Shown here piece after piece: positions 17,089-25,840 of a stretch of 43,095 nucleotides of DNA. The translations under genes were made by a program, and so were the position numbers. The stretch comes from a virus (taxonomy: Duplodnaviria; Caudoviricetes). Position 1 is the first letter of the stretch. Every line of letters begins with the position of its first letter. A model generated the notes under the pieces. That model saw nothing but the letters and a program-made list of their open reading frames with translations, searched no databases and had not been told where the DNA came from. Location: positions 1-43,095 of the IMG/VR virus record IMGVR_UViG_3300049436_000042. One strand, 5' to 3'.

Positions 17089-20000
17089 TGTTTACGACTC
17101 CTCCGCCACGGCTGCGCTGTGCTGATTGCAGGACGCGCCGGATCTGCTGCGCGGCTTCGTTGCCATAATCCTGCGCTTGGGGATACTGCCGGATGGTTTC
17201 CGGCGTGATCGACACCTCGATCCGGTCAATCATCACCATCGGCCCGCCCAGCGATCCGCCCCCACTCGAGGGAATGAGATCCGCCGTTCGCGACGACAGC
17301 GCGCCCAGCGCCATATCCACCGAGCCCATCGACCCCAGGCCCAGCGCCAACCCGGCGATCATATTCTGTCCGTACCCCTCGAAAATCTCTGAGGGGGAGT
17401 GAATTTTGAATGCGCTTTCCATAATCATTTTGACGTTGGCCGCCATCGCATACAGGGTGCTGTACAGCGCCGATGATTGCGACTGCACCCCGTTGATCAA
17501 CCCCTGCACGATGTTCATTCCTACCCCGAACATCGGATCTACCATCTGTTTTCCATGCGCGGCGATAGACTGGACCATCGCGCGCATCTTCTCCATCACC
17601 TGCCCGGTTTGTGATAGGCCATTGGCGAGGCCCTGCCCGATGTTTTCACCAAAACCCTGAAAGACTGTTGATGGCGAATGGATACCAAGGAAATCACCCA
17701 CTTCGTCTTTAATGTCATTCGCCAAATCACGAGCCGCGTCTATGGCTTCCTGACCAAGATCCGACAGTCCTTGTTTAATGCCATCGATCAGCGCCTTCGC
17801 GACATCTTCCCCAAATGACAGCATCGACGGCACCAAATCATCGGTGACGAAGTTGTAAATAGCTGTCAGAAAATCTTCGAGCGCCGGACCAACCTGTTTG
17901 ACTAGGTCATCTGCGAACTGCATAAAGGCATCGACGATACCAGGGATTTCAGCGGTAATTGCCGGGATCAGTTCTTCGAGTATCCAGGTAAGCAGGGACG
18001 CAATGAGTTCGCCGAGGGCTACGATCAGATCGCCGATCATCGGTCCTACCCAGTCGATGAACGCCGCCGCCCATTCGAGCAGGGTGGCAATGATGTCGGG
18101 AAGTACTTCGAGTATCCATCCAAGGATCGCCGCGATAATGCCGGGCAGTTCGAGGATCAAATCACCAATGAGCGGTACGATCCATCCTAAAAACGCACCC
18201 GCCCAATCGGCCAGTTGCGCCAGGATAATCGGACCGTTGACGACAATCCAATCCAGCACGGTTGTCGCAATACTTTGAATGGTCGCCAGGATGACCGGGA
18301 TCTGCGGTCCAATCCAGTCAATAAAAGCATTGGCCCAGGTGATCAACTGCGCCGCGACTTCGGGCGCGGTTTGCATCACCCACGCCACCACCGCCATCGC
18401 AATCCCCGCCAGCGCGGCCAAAATGACCGGGATATAGGGCTGAACCCAATCAATGAAGGCATTGGCCCAGGTTTGCACCTGCGCGACGACTTTCGGCGCA
18501 GTTTCTATAATCCAGGCGACAAATGCATTCAGGAGTTCGCTCATCTTAGCGAGGATGATCGGGATGTAGGGAGTGACCCAATCAATGAAGGCCATGCCCC
18601 ACTCCACCGCCTGATCAGCCACGCGCGGGGCCATCTCTTGCACCCAGGTGATGATCCGCTGACCAAAGGCTTCGACCTGGTCCAGAATTGCCGGACCTTG
18701 TTCCTGGATCGCGGTGCCAATGCTGCCCACCATGCCAGATGCGCCCGCCGCCGCGCCGGACATATCCCCGCCCATCAGGGAGGATACGATCCCGCCAATG
18801 TCATCGCGCACAATCCCGGCGATAGCCGACAGCATAGTAAACAGTGGTGCCGTCACCTGCTGAATGCCCAGGAAGTTTTTGCGCCAGGCCACATACAGCC
18901 CTGCCGCTGCCGCTGCGATGCCAATCAGAATCAACCCCATCGGCGACAGCACGAATCCGACCACGCTGCCCACCCAGCCGATCACCGTACCCACGCCAGA
19001 GATCATCTTGCCTACGTAGCTGATAGCTTTGCCCGTAGTAAACAGCGCCGGACCCAGCGCCACTAAAAACGAGAGGATGCGCACGATCTGTGTCGTTAGT
19101 ACCGGGTTAACGATCACCCATTCGGTGAGAAGGTTGACGAATTCCGTCATCTGGACAATACCCGGCTTCAGATGTTGGTCAATAAAAGGACGAAGGGCCT
19201 TAATCATCAACGTTTCAAGGCTGCCTCGAAACGCTTCTGTCCGTCCATTCAGCGTGTCCTGTCGGGCCGCGGCCACCGTCGCCGCGTCCTGCTGTTGGAC
19301 CATCAGCGCCGACATATCGCCCATCGCATCCGATGACGTCAGGATGGCTAAGCCTTGCTGCCCATACGCCCCGGCCAGGGTGCGGATCGTTTCGATCTGC
19401 TCCTGTTCGGTCATCCCGGCCATGCGCTCTCGCAGCTCGCCCATGACCGTGTTCAGTGGCCGCACTTGCCCTTGAGCATCGAACATACTGATGCCCAACT
19501 GCTGCCACATGCCGTTGACCTTATCCGTGTCGCTGGTCATATTGGACAGCATCGAGCGCAATTGCGTGCCCGCTTCCGCCCCCTTGATGCCGCGCTCACT
19601 GAAAGCGGCCAGGATAGCAACGGTGTCTTCGATGGAGAGTCCGAACTGCGCCGCAATCGGCCCGACATTGCCCAGGCCCAGAGCCAGATCGCTGATCTCC
19701 GCGCTGGATGCCGAAGCCCCGCGCGCCAGCGCATCCGAGACGCGATTCGCATCTTCCGCGCCCAGCTTCCACATCGCCAACGCATCCGTAACGACGTCGG
19801 CGGTAAAGCCTAGGTCCATGCCGGAGGCTGCTGCCGCGTTCAAAACGCCGGGCAGAGCGGCGAATGTTTGATTAAGGTCATACCCGGAGGAGAGAAGCTG
19901 TAGCATCGCTTCAGCGGCTTGGGTGCTGCTGTACTTCGTATCCGCGCCCATTTGCAGGGCCATCTCATCGACCCGTGCCATCTCGTCCGCGGTCGCTCCG

Positions 20001-20287
20001 GTGCGCGCCCGGATCTCCGCCAGCACATCCTCGTAACTGGCGAAGGTGCGAATGCCCACGGCTCCCGCCGCTGCGACCGGAGCCATCAACTTGGTAAGTT
20101 CGCTGCCCCACCCGGCAACCTGATCCCCCGCGCTTTGGATACGCCCGCCGATCCGCGCGAAAACACCTTCGGTCTGTTGTTCCACAGTCCCGAACGCGCG
20201 GTTCATCTGGGCTTCGACTTGTGACCAGTCGATCTCGATCCGCCCGTAGGCAGATCCCAGATCGACCGATCCGGCTCCAAGTGTCAC
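17081..20287 (-). CDS. Tape measure protein (TP901-type core)
   Basis: 1068 aa; GADTKYSSTQAAEAM...GIKGAEAGTQLR core; Trp-periodic repeats; IHSPS motifs. Confidence 0.92.
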   Translation of the reverse strand: MTLGAGSVDLGSAYGRIEIDWSQVEAQMNRAFGTVEQQTEGVFARIGGRIQSAGDQVAGWGSELTKLMAPVAAAGAVGIRTFASYEDVLAEIRARTGATADEMARVDEMALQMGADTKYSSTQAAEAMLQLLSSGYDLNQTFAALPGVLNAAAASGMDLGFTADVVTDALAMWKLGAEDANRVSDALARGASASSAEISDLALGLGNVGPIAAQFGLSIEDTVAILAAFSERGIKGAEAGTQLRSMLSNMTSDTDKVNGMWQQLGISMFDAQGQVRPLNTVMGELRERMAGMTEQEQIETIRTLAGAYGQQGLAILTSSDAMGDMSALMVQQQDAATVAAARQDTLNGRTEAFRGSLETLMIKALRPFIDQHLKPGIVQMTEFVNLLTEWVIVNPVLTTQIVRILSFLVALGPALFTTGKAISYVGKMISGVGTVIGWVGSVVGFVLSPMGLILIGIAAAAAGLYVAWRKNFLGIQQVTAPLFTMLSAIAGIVRDDIGGIVSSLMGGDMSGAAAGASGMVGSIGTAIQEQGPAILDQVEAFGQRIITWVQEMAPRVADQAVEWGMAFIDWVTPYIPIILAKMSELLNAFVAWIIETAPKVVAQVQTWANAFIDWVQPYIPVILAALAGIAMAVVAWVMQTAPEVAAQLITWANAFIDWIGPQIPVILATIQSIATTVLDWIVVNGPIILAQLADWAGAFLGWIVPLIGDLILELPGIIAAILGWILEVLPDIIATLLEWAAAFIDWVGPMIGDLIVALGELIASLLTWILEELIPAITAEIPGIVDAFMQFADDLVKQVGPALEDFLTAIYNFVTDDLVPSMLSFGEDVAKALIDGIKQGLSDLGQEAIDAARDLANDIKDEVGDFLGIHSPSTVFQGFGENIGQGLANGLSQTGQVMEKMRAMVQSIAAHGKQMVDPMFGVGMNIVQGLINGVQSQSSALYSTLYAMAANVKMIMESAFKIHSPSEIFEGYGQNMIAGLALGLGSMGSVDMALGALSSRTADLIPSSGGGSLGGPMVMIDRIEVSITPETIRQYPQAQDYGNEAAQQIRRVLQSAQRSRGGGVVNNG

Positions 20288-20592
20288 GGCAATACCTCTA
20301 ATTCGCTGCCAAATATCGCTTTCAGTGCCTGCACGCTGGCCTTTTGTGGTGTTTCTATTCCCAGCAGCTCGGTTATCCGCCAGCGGGGCCGATATCCTGC
20401 CACCTGCCCGTTACGGAGGATGGGATCTTGTTCGTCCAGCTTAGCCTCAACCCAGCGTCCGAAGGTGCTCACGGCCTCATCAAAGCACCAGGCCAGATAA
20501 GGCTCGTCGATTCCCGTCATGTCGCTGGGTCGTTGACCGTAGTTCCCCGCAGTTTTATGAAGAGACCACAGGCGAGGTCGGTTGCGGACGAA
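20284..20592 (-). CDS. Tail assembly chaperone C-terminal extension (frameshift product)
   Basis: Frame stays open from 20592 (FVRNRPRLWSLHKTAGNYGQRPSDM...), overlapping the end of the upstream gene. Confidence 0.65.
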   Translation of the reverse strand, partial: FVRNRPRLWSLHKTAGNYGQRPSDMTGIDEPYLAWCFDEAVSTFGRWVEAKLDEQDPILRNGQVAGYRPRWRITELLGIETPQKASVQALKAIFGSELEVLP

Positions 20593-21112
20593 ACGACTGA
20601 GCAGCCGCGAGTCCGGTCCCTCCCATCAGCGATTCAAAAACCGCCATCTGTTTTTCCATCGAGATATCATCGACGTGGATACCATCGGGGTGACCCTGTT
20701 CCACCAGCGGCGGTTCAACGACCACTTTGACCATGATATCCTTCAGCATCACGCGCAAACTGTGCAGCGCGGTCGGGTCTTCCATCAGCTTTTTGCCGAT
20801 GGCTTCCTGCTTCCCGTTCATATGCTGCGCCACGATCGAGAGCAGCGGATTCGGTGTTTCGCCATCGCTGTCGATCAGTGCCAGCATGTTGATCAAACGG
20901 AACTTAATTGCCAGGCCATCCTCAAAATCGAGGGTGCGCGTCAGTTTTTCGCGCCAGGCTTGGGTGGATGTAGCGGGCGGGGCGGCCATAAACTCCATGA
21001 TGTCATCAGGAGTGAGCTGCTGTCCCGCGTCGCTGGCGAGACGCGCCAGTTGCGGCGCGTACTTTTCCAGAAGGGTCATAATTTCAGGCGAAACGTGAGT
21101 GGTGTTGTCCAT
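20555..21112 (-). CDS. Tail assembly chaperone
   Basis: Position between tail tube and tape measure genes. Confidence 0.7.
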   Translation of the reverse strand: MDNTTHVSPEIMTLLEKYAPQLARLASDAGQQLTPDDIMEFMAAPPATSTQAWREKLTRTLDFEDGLAIKFRLINMLALIDSDGETPNPLLSIVAQHMNGKQEAIGKKLMEDPTALHSLRVMLKDIMVKVVVEPPLVEQGHPDGIHVDDISMEKQMAVFESLMGGTGLAAAQSFRPQPTSPVVSS

Positions 21113-21120
21113 CCGACCCC

Positions 21121-21705
21121 CTAGCTAACGCCAAACGCCGTGGCGAAGCTGGTCGGCAGTGCCGTTCCCGCCGGGCGAGTCAGGATCGACGCGATTTTTT
21201 TGGTTGTGCCGGCAGCCAGGCGCAGCCGTCCCGCCGTCGCTTTCAGTTCGGGGATCATGAACTTGTTCATTTCCGGCGAGATCTCCGGGTACGAATCCAT
21301 CTTCAGCAGCGGGATATAGAGATGTTCTACCGTGCCATCGTCGGTATCGAGCTGCAACGCCGCTCCGAAATACGGCAGACCTGATCCGCCGCCTTCCAGC
21401 TCGTTACGTTTTTCTTCATTTGCGCCGCTGCCGGAGTCGGCATTCGCCATCCCCGTCATCACGGCCAACCCGGTCCAATCCAAGCCGCCCATTTTCAGGC
21501 CCACGTTGACCGACTTGAGCACCGACAGCATACGTTCGACCGCGCCCATATTCATGAGCTGATCGGTGTCATGCTGGGGAGAGAAACTGATGGATTGTAA
21601 ATAGTTGAGCGATACGGGAGTACCGTATGCGTAGGTCGCGAAGCTGAAGGTTGCTACCTTCGCCGCGCTGACGCTGTACGGGAGAGCAAAACTAGGCAGA
21701 GTCAT
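21121..21705 (-). CDS. Major tail tube protein
   Basis: 194 aa, beta-rich, canonical position. Confidence 0.7.
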   Translation of the reverse strand: MTLPSFALPYSVSAAKVATFSFATYAYGTPVSLNYLQSISFSPQHDTDQLMNMGAVERMLSVLKSVNVGLKMGGLDWTGLAVMTGMANADSGSGANEEKRNELEGGGSGLPYFGAALQLDTDDGTVEHLYIPLLKMDSYPEISPEMNKFMIPELKATAGRLRLAAGTTKKIASILTRPAGTALPTSFATAFGVS

Positions 21706-22163
21706 GATATTCTTCCTCTCGTTAAATGAACCTCGTAGCGGGAACGTTCCATACTCGCCCCGCCCAGGCTGTCATCCTGCATTTGAAGTACATCCCCCGC
21801 CCAGATGAACACGCCCAGGTGCCATCCAGCGGGATAATCGAAGGTTAAGCGCTTCTGGTGCAGCAGAGTCCAGGTTTGTTCTCTCATCTGCTGGCACGTG
21901 GCATAACCCTTATCCTGAAAAAAATAGATCTCAACGAAGGCGCGCACGGCATTAATCGCCGTCACGTCAAACGGATCTTCGGTGGTCCACCGGATGAACA
22001 CAGCAGGCCGGGCCAACGGCGAATTAGTCGCGCAGATATCCTTCAGCTCTAACTCCTGACGCCCCAGCGAATCGGGGTCATGCACGCCGCCAGTCGCCAG
22101 CGCAGCCAGCGTGGCGTCTCCTGACAGGAGCGTTTTGAGCGCTTGTTTGAGCGTGGTTGTCAT
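21702..22163 (-). CDS. Tail terminator-like protein
   Basis: LKTLLSGDATLAALATGGVH N-terminus; position. Confidence 0.6.
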   Translation of the reverse strand: MTTTLKQALKTLLSGDATLAALATGGVHDPDSLGRQELELKDICATNSPLARPAVFIRWTTEDPFDVTAINAVRAFVEIYFFQDKGYATCQQMREQTWTLLHQKRLTFDYPAGWHLGVFIWAGDVLQMQDDSLGGASMERSRYEVHLTRGRIS

Positions 22164-22507
22164 TCGACCAATTCCTTCACGCTATTCCACAAGGGGCCGT
22201 AGTAGCTTTGGAGCGTCCGCAGCACAATGGCGTAGCGGCCCTGATTACAGAGCTCCAGGAACACGCCATAACTCATGTGCTGTTTGAGCACCAGCGCCAG
22301 CCGCGACGCGCCCGGCTGATAGACGAAACTCGCCAGGGTTTGCCGCGCATTGGCCGTGCGATCCGTCCACGATGCATTAATTTTTGCATCCGCCTCAATA
22401 CGCGGCGCGAACGACCACAACAGCCGTTCCAGGCTGGCTTCCAGCACGACGATGTACACTCGTGCTTGCCAGGCCTGCGTGGGGGGGCGCGTCCATCGAA
22501 ACGTCAT
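22160..22507 (-). CDS. Neck protein (HK97 gp10-like)
   Basis: WTDRTANARQTL...YGVFLEL...GRYAI motif. Confidence 0.7.
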   Translation of the reverse strand: MTFRWTRPPTQAWQARVYIVVLEASLERLLWSFAPRIEADAKINASWTDRTANARQTLASFVYQPGASRLALVLKQHMSYGVFLELCNQGRYAIVLRTLQSYYGPLWNSVKELVE

Positions 22508-22878
22508 GAGATTCGCTCCGCGCGGGCCTGCACCTCGCCCGGAATCACGATTACATCCAGCACGCGGTAGATGCCATCCGCCAATGAAAACTGATCGTCC
22601 TTTTTCAGGTTGGTATCGGTAACCGCGACATCCGGATGATCCATCACCCCGAAGAGCACGATATCGCGCACACTGGCTTCACCAGCTCCCCGGCGTTCGT
22701 TAGCAATGGTGCTGTATTCGATTCGTACCGTCTGCGTCCCGGCCAGCGCTGCACCATCGCGATATACCGTGATCGTGGTCGCCCGGTCCTGGATGCGCTG
22801 CCAGGCCATAATCGCCCGCGCCACAGCCGGGATAGAGCGCCGCCCTCGCAGGACAAGATACTTGTCAAAATCAGGCAT
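22504..22878 (-). CDS. Head closure protein
   Basis: Position; LKKDDQF...YRVLDV. Confidence 0.55.
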   Translation of the reverse strand: MPDFDKYLVLRGRRSIPAVARAIMAWQRIQDRATTITVYRDGAALAGTQTVRIEYSTIANERRGAGEASVRDIVLFGVMDHPDVAVTDTNLKKDDQFSLADGIYRVLDVIVIPGEVQARAERIS

Positions 22879-23242
22879 CGGGGAAATCCTTTAAGCGTGT
22901 GGGCTTTTTCTTCAGCGCGCCTATTCGCACGCTCGATATACCGGCCCGTTCCGAGATCACCAGTTCACTCTCGAAATCGGCCTGCATCTTGCCCAGATTC
23001 GCGAAAATCTGACTCAACTTTTCCTGCGTTTCGTTCTGGGTGTAGTCGGTCAGGTTTGCCGCCTTGGCCCGAAGCTGCTTGCAGGCTAGCACGCGAGCAT
23101 AAACCTCGATGCTGTTCGTGTTGGTGTAACGTGCCTCGGCCCGGACATACAGGCGGTCCAGCTCGACATCCGTGAACACCGTCTCGTCTGCCGGCAGACC
23201 CAGATCCGCCCGCAGATCATCCCGCTGCGTATCAGTTGCCAT
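22871..23242 (-). CDS. Head-tail adaptor
   Basis: LRADLG...FTDVELD; ATG 23242 after AGGA. Confidence 0.6.
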   Translation of the reverse strand: MATDTQRDDLRADLGLPADETVFTDVELDRLYVRAEARYTNTNSIEVYARVLACKQLRAKAANLTDYTQNETQEKLSQIFANLGKMQADFESELVISERAGISSVRIGALKKKPTRLKDFPDA

Positions 23243-24308
23243 ACACAACTTCCTTTGCAACTTTTATTGCATTCTGCTGTTCGGTCCAGACTTTTAGCAT
23301 GCCATCGGACCACCGCTGCCAGTCATAGAGTCGCCGCACTCGCCGCGCGCTCTCCTGCCCCATATGGGCGATCATCGGATTCCCGCTGCTCACGTATTTC
23401 ATCTGCTCAGCCAGGTGATCGATATCGGGCAGCGCCCAATCACCCACGCCGCGCAGTTTTTCGTTATCCTGCCAGGCAGGAACCAGCGTGTATCGCAGGG
23501 GATACCCCCACGCTGTGAGGTCATCCGCCGTGCCGCCCCACCGGGTGGCGATAACGGGTAACCCCGTCGCGGCGGCTTCACGCGGTGGCAGTCCGAAGCC
23601 TTCGCCGCGCGTAGGAAACACATACGCATCGGCGCTGGCATAGAGCCGCTGCATCTCGATCTCGGTCATGTCCTGCCGAAGAATCTCGATGCAGGGATGC
23701 GCAATCGTGATGGGCAGCCCGTCCGCCCTGGTCTTAATGATTAATTTGAAGTCCGGGTTTTCCCCGAACGCTTTATGAAACGCGATCACCGCCAGATCCC
23801 ACCCCTTGCGGCGGAGGCGATCACCAATCGTCAAAAAGGTGAACGGCTTCCGCCCGTGCGGTCGCTGGACATACTGGTACGTCTCGCTGATTCCCAGCGG
23901 CACGACGTGGATCGGGACTGTGACTCCGCAATCACGGAACACCTGCACCAGCCAGACGGAAGGGACAATCACCGCGTTGCACTCATTGAGCGCTTCCGTC
24001 CATCCCTCTGGCAGTTGAGTGCTCTCGAACATCGTCACCGCGACGCGCGGCCCGGTGCTCGTCAGCGGCCCGTAATTGCCAAAGGCCGTGGGATATCCTA
24101 AAAGGATGCCCCCCGTCGTGGGCTTGATCGGCTTCTCCAGCAGCGCCTGCACCGCTTTGGACTGGCTACCATGAACCACATTTCCAGCACCAAATCCATT
24201 CACGTGCAGTCCTCGCTGGCTCAAATGCCAGACGAGCCGCGCCGCAAGATGACCGTAGCTGTCGCGGGTGTTCCAGTTGGGAGATGAGACATTGATCACG
24301 TCGCTCAT
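23232..24308 (-). CDS. GT-B glycosyltransferase (GT4 family)
   Basis: RKGWD, DAYVFPTRGEGFGLPPREAAATGLPVI (EX7E motif) and TMFEST; immediately after the major capsid gene. Confidence 0.9.
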   Translation of the reverse strand: MSDVINVSSPNWNTRDSYGHLAARLVWHLSQRGLHVNGFGAGNVVHGSQSKAVQALLEKPIKPTTGGILLGYPTAFGNYGPLTSTGPRVAVTMFESTQLPEGWTEALNECNAVIVPSVWLVQVFRDCGVTVPIHVVPLGISETYQYVQRPHGRKPFTFLTIGDRLRRKGWDLAVIAFHKAFGENPDFKLIIKTRADGLPITIAHPCIEILRQDMTEIEMQRLYASADAYVFPTRGEGFGLPPREAAATGLPVIATRWGGTADDLTAWGYPLRYTLVPAWQDNEKLRGVGDWALPDIDHLAEQMKYVSSGNPMIAHMGQESARRVRRLYDWQRWSDGMLKVWTEQQNAIKVAKEVVYGN

Positions 24309-24360
24309 GGGTTCCTCAAAGCCCCGGTACAAGCGGGGCCTTCATCTCAATCAGATCAGC

Positions 24361-25395
24361 CTAAGTAGGCCATGTGATCTCTTCGACCGATGCGAGCGGG
24401 TTGGCATACATCCCAAACCACGAGTCGTAGATCACCTGCTCCACAATGAAGCGGCTCAGGTCACCATCGCCGCGCTGGGACTGAAGCCCCTGCTTGACAT
24501 AGGACTGATAATCCGTCGCGCGGTACTGCCCGCTGACGAGGTAACTCTTGCCAGCAGTCACGCCAGTGTAGGTCACGGTTTTCTTACCGCGTGTGCCGCT
24601 CCAGCCGTCGTAGGCAATGATGTTGCGGATCTTGTTGATCGCGCTGCTCTGGATGTCGATGCCATCCTGGATGCGGCGCTTCAACGCGCGCTCGATCATG
24701 AAGACGTTGGCCGTGCTGCACAACAGGTCATAAGGACCGCGCCGGGGATGGGTGGTGTCATTGATGGAGTTGGTGATCGCGTCCTCAATGGTCAGCAGAT
24801 ACACTTCTTCCTTCGGGACGCCGGTAGTGCCGTTGGCGGCAGTCTGGTTCGCCGCAGCGTAAGCCGCGCTGATGATGGGATAGAGATGGATGTGATTCAT
24901 CAGGGCGTTGTGCGCCGTTCCGAACTGGCGTTCAATCGCCGGGAACTGCCAGGTCTGATTGAACATAAACAGCTTCTTGGAATACTCGATCCCGGCGGCA
25001 TACTGCTTGATGGTGATCGAATAGTTCCCCTCGCCCACGGTGACAAAATGAGCCTCGCCGCCTTCTTTGACCTCGTCGAAGATCACGCCCGCTGGGCCCA
25101 ACGTATTGACGTTGATAACTTCGGGCAGGTTGGCGTCTTCGACGATGGTATACAGTGGAGCGTAGAGGATAGGTTCCTCGTCGCGGCCCGCGTCCACTTC
25201 ATAGCGCTGGCGTTCGGTGAACGCCGCCGCGAAGCTGGAAGATCCGATGAATTCAGCCGCAGTCAGCGGATTCCGTTCTGACCCCTGATCAACCAAGCGG
25301 ATCAGACCGCCTTTAGACGACAAATCCACGCCGGGCGCAAATTTGGCGTATGCACGCTGCTTTTGCAGCAGCTCTTTCGTGATGATACGAACCAT
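24361..25395 (-). CDS. Major capsid protein
   Basis: About 344 aa from ATG 25395 (GGAGG RBS); follows scaffold and decoration genes; FDEVKEGGE motif. Confidence 0.8.
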   Translation of the reverse strand: MVRIITKELLQKQRAYAKFAPGVDLSSKGGLIRLVDQGSERNPLTAAEFIGSSSFAAAFTERQRYEVDAGRDEEPILYAPLYTIVEDANLPEVINVNTLGPAGVIFDEVKEGGEAHFVTVGEGNYSITIKQYAAGIEYSKKLFMFNQTWQFPAIERQFGTAHNALMNHIHLYPIISAAYAAANQTAANGTTGVPKEEVYLLTIEDAITNSINDTTHPRRGPYDLLCSTANVFMIERALKRRIQDGIDIQSSAINKIRNIIAYDGWSGTRGKKTVTYTGVTAGKSYLVSGQYRATDYQSYVKQGLQSQRGDGDLSRFIVEQVIYDSWFGMYANPLASVEEITWPT

Positions 25396-25423
25396 GATGA
25401 TCAGCCTCCTAAGCGCTGAATAC

Positions 25424-25807
25424 TTACGACGCGAGATGACCCAGCATGACGACGGTAACCACGTTGTTCGCGTCCTTGGCCGCCGTGGCCTTCGCGAACG
25501 CGATTTTGCCAGCACCCGCGCTGGTGGTGTACGCCGCGTCTTGCGGCGTATGACCCGTCAGAGTCGCCACGGTGAGGTAGATGATGTCGCCCTTGGCAAC
25601 GGCCAGGGTGCTCGGCACTTCAAGCTGACGTTCCACGCCCGCCTGAATTTCGAGAGCGATGGTCTCTCCCGAATCGCCGGATTCCATCGTGATACCCGCC
25701 CAGCTTTCGACCACCGCCACCTGCAACGCTTCGACGGTATAAGACAGGGTCACGTTGATGGCCTTGCCATCACTTTCCTTGTAAACTTTCTTTCCTACTG
25801 CTGCCAT
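25424..25807 (-). CDS. Capsid decoration/cement protein (DUF2190-like)
   Basis: 127 aa; SDGKAINVT...AVAKGDIIY...AKDANNVV; lies between scaffold and capsid genes. Confidence 0.7.
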   Translation of the reverse strand: MAAVGKKVYKESDGKAINVTLSYTVEALQVAVVESWAGITMESGDSGETIALEIQAGVERQLEVPSTLAVAKGDIIYLTVATLTGHTPQDAAYTTSAGAGKIAFAKATAAKDANNVVTVVMLGHLAS

Positions 25808-25840
25808 TGTTCACCTCATGCCTAGAGATAGTGGACGGTG

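Noticed and set aside
17900-18700. Repeats in the tape measure gene as a separate element
   Set aside because: Ordinary Trp-periodic amphipathic repeats of tape measure proteins
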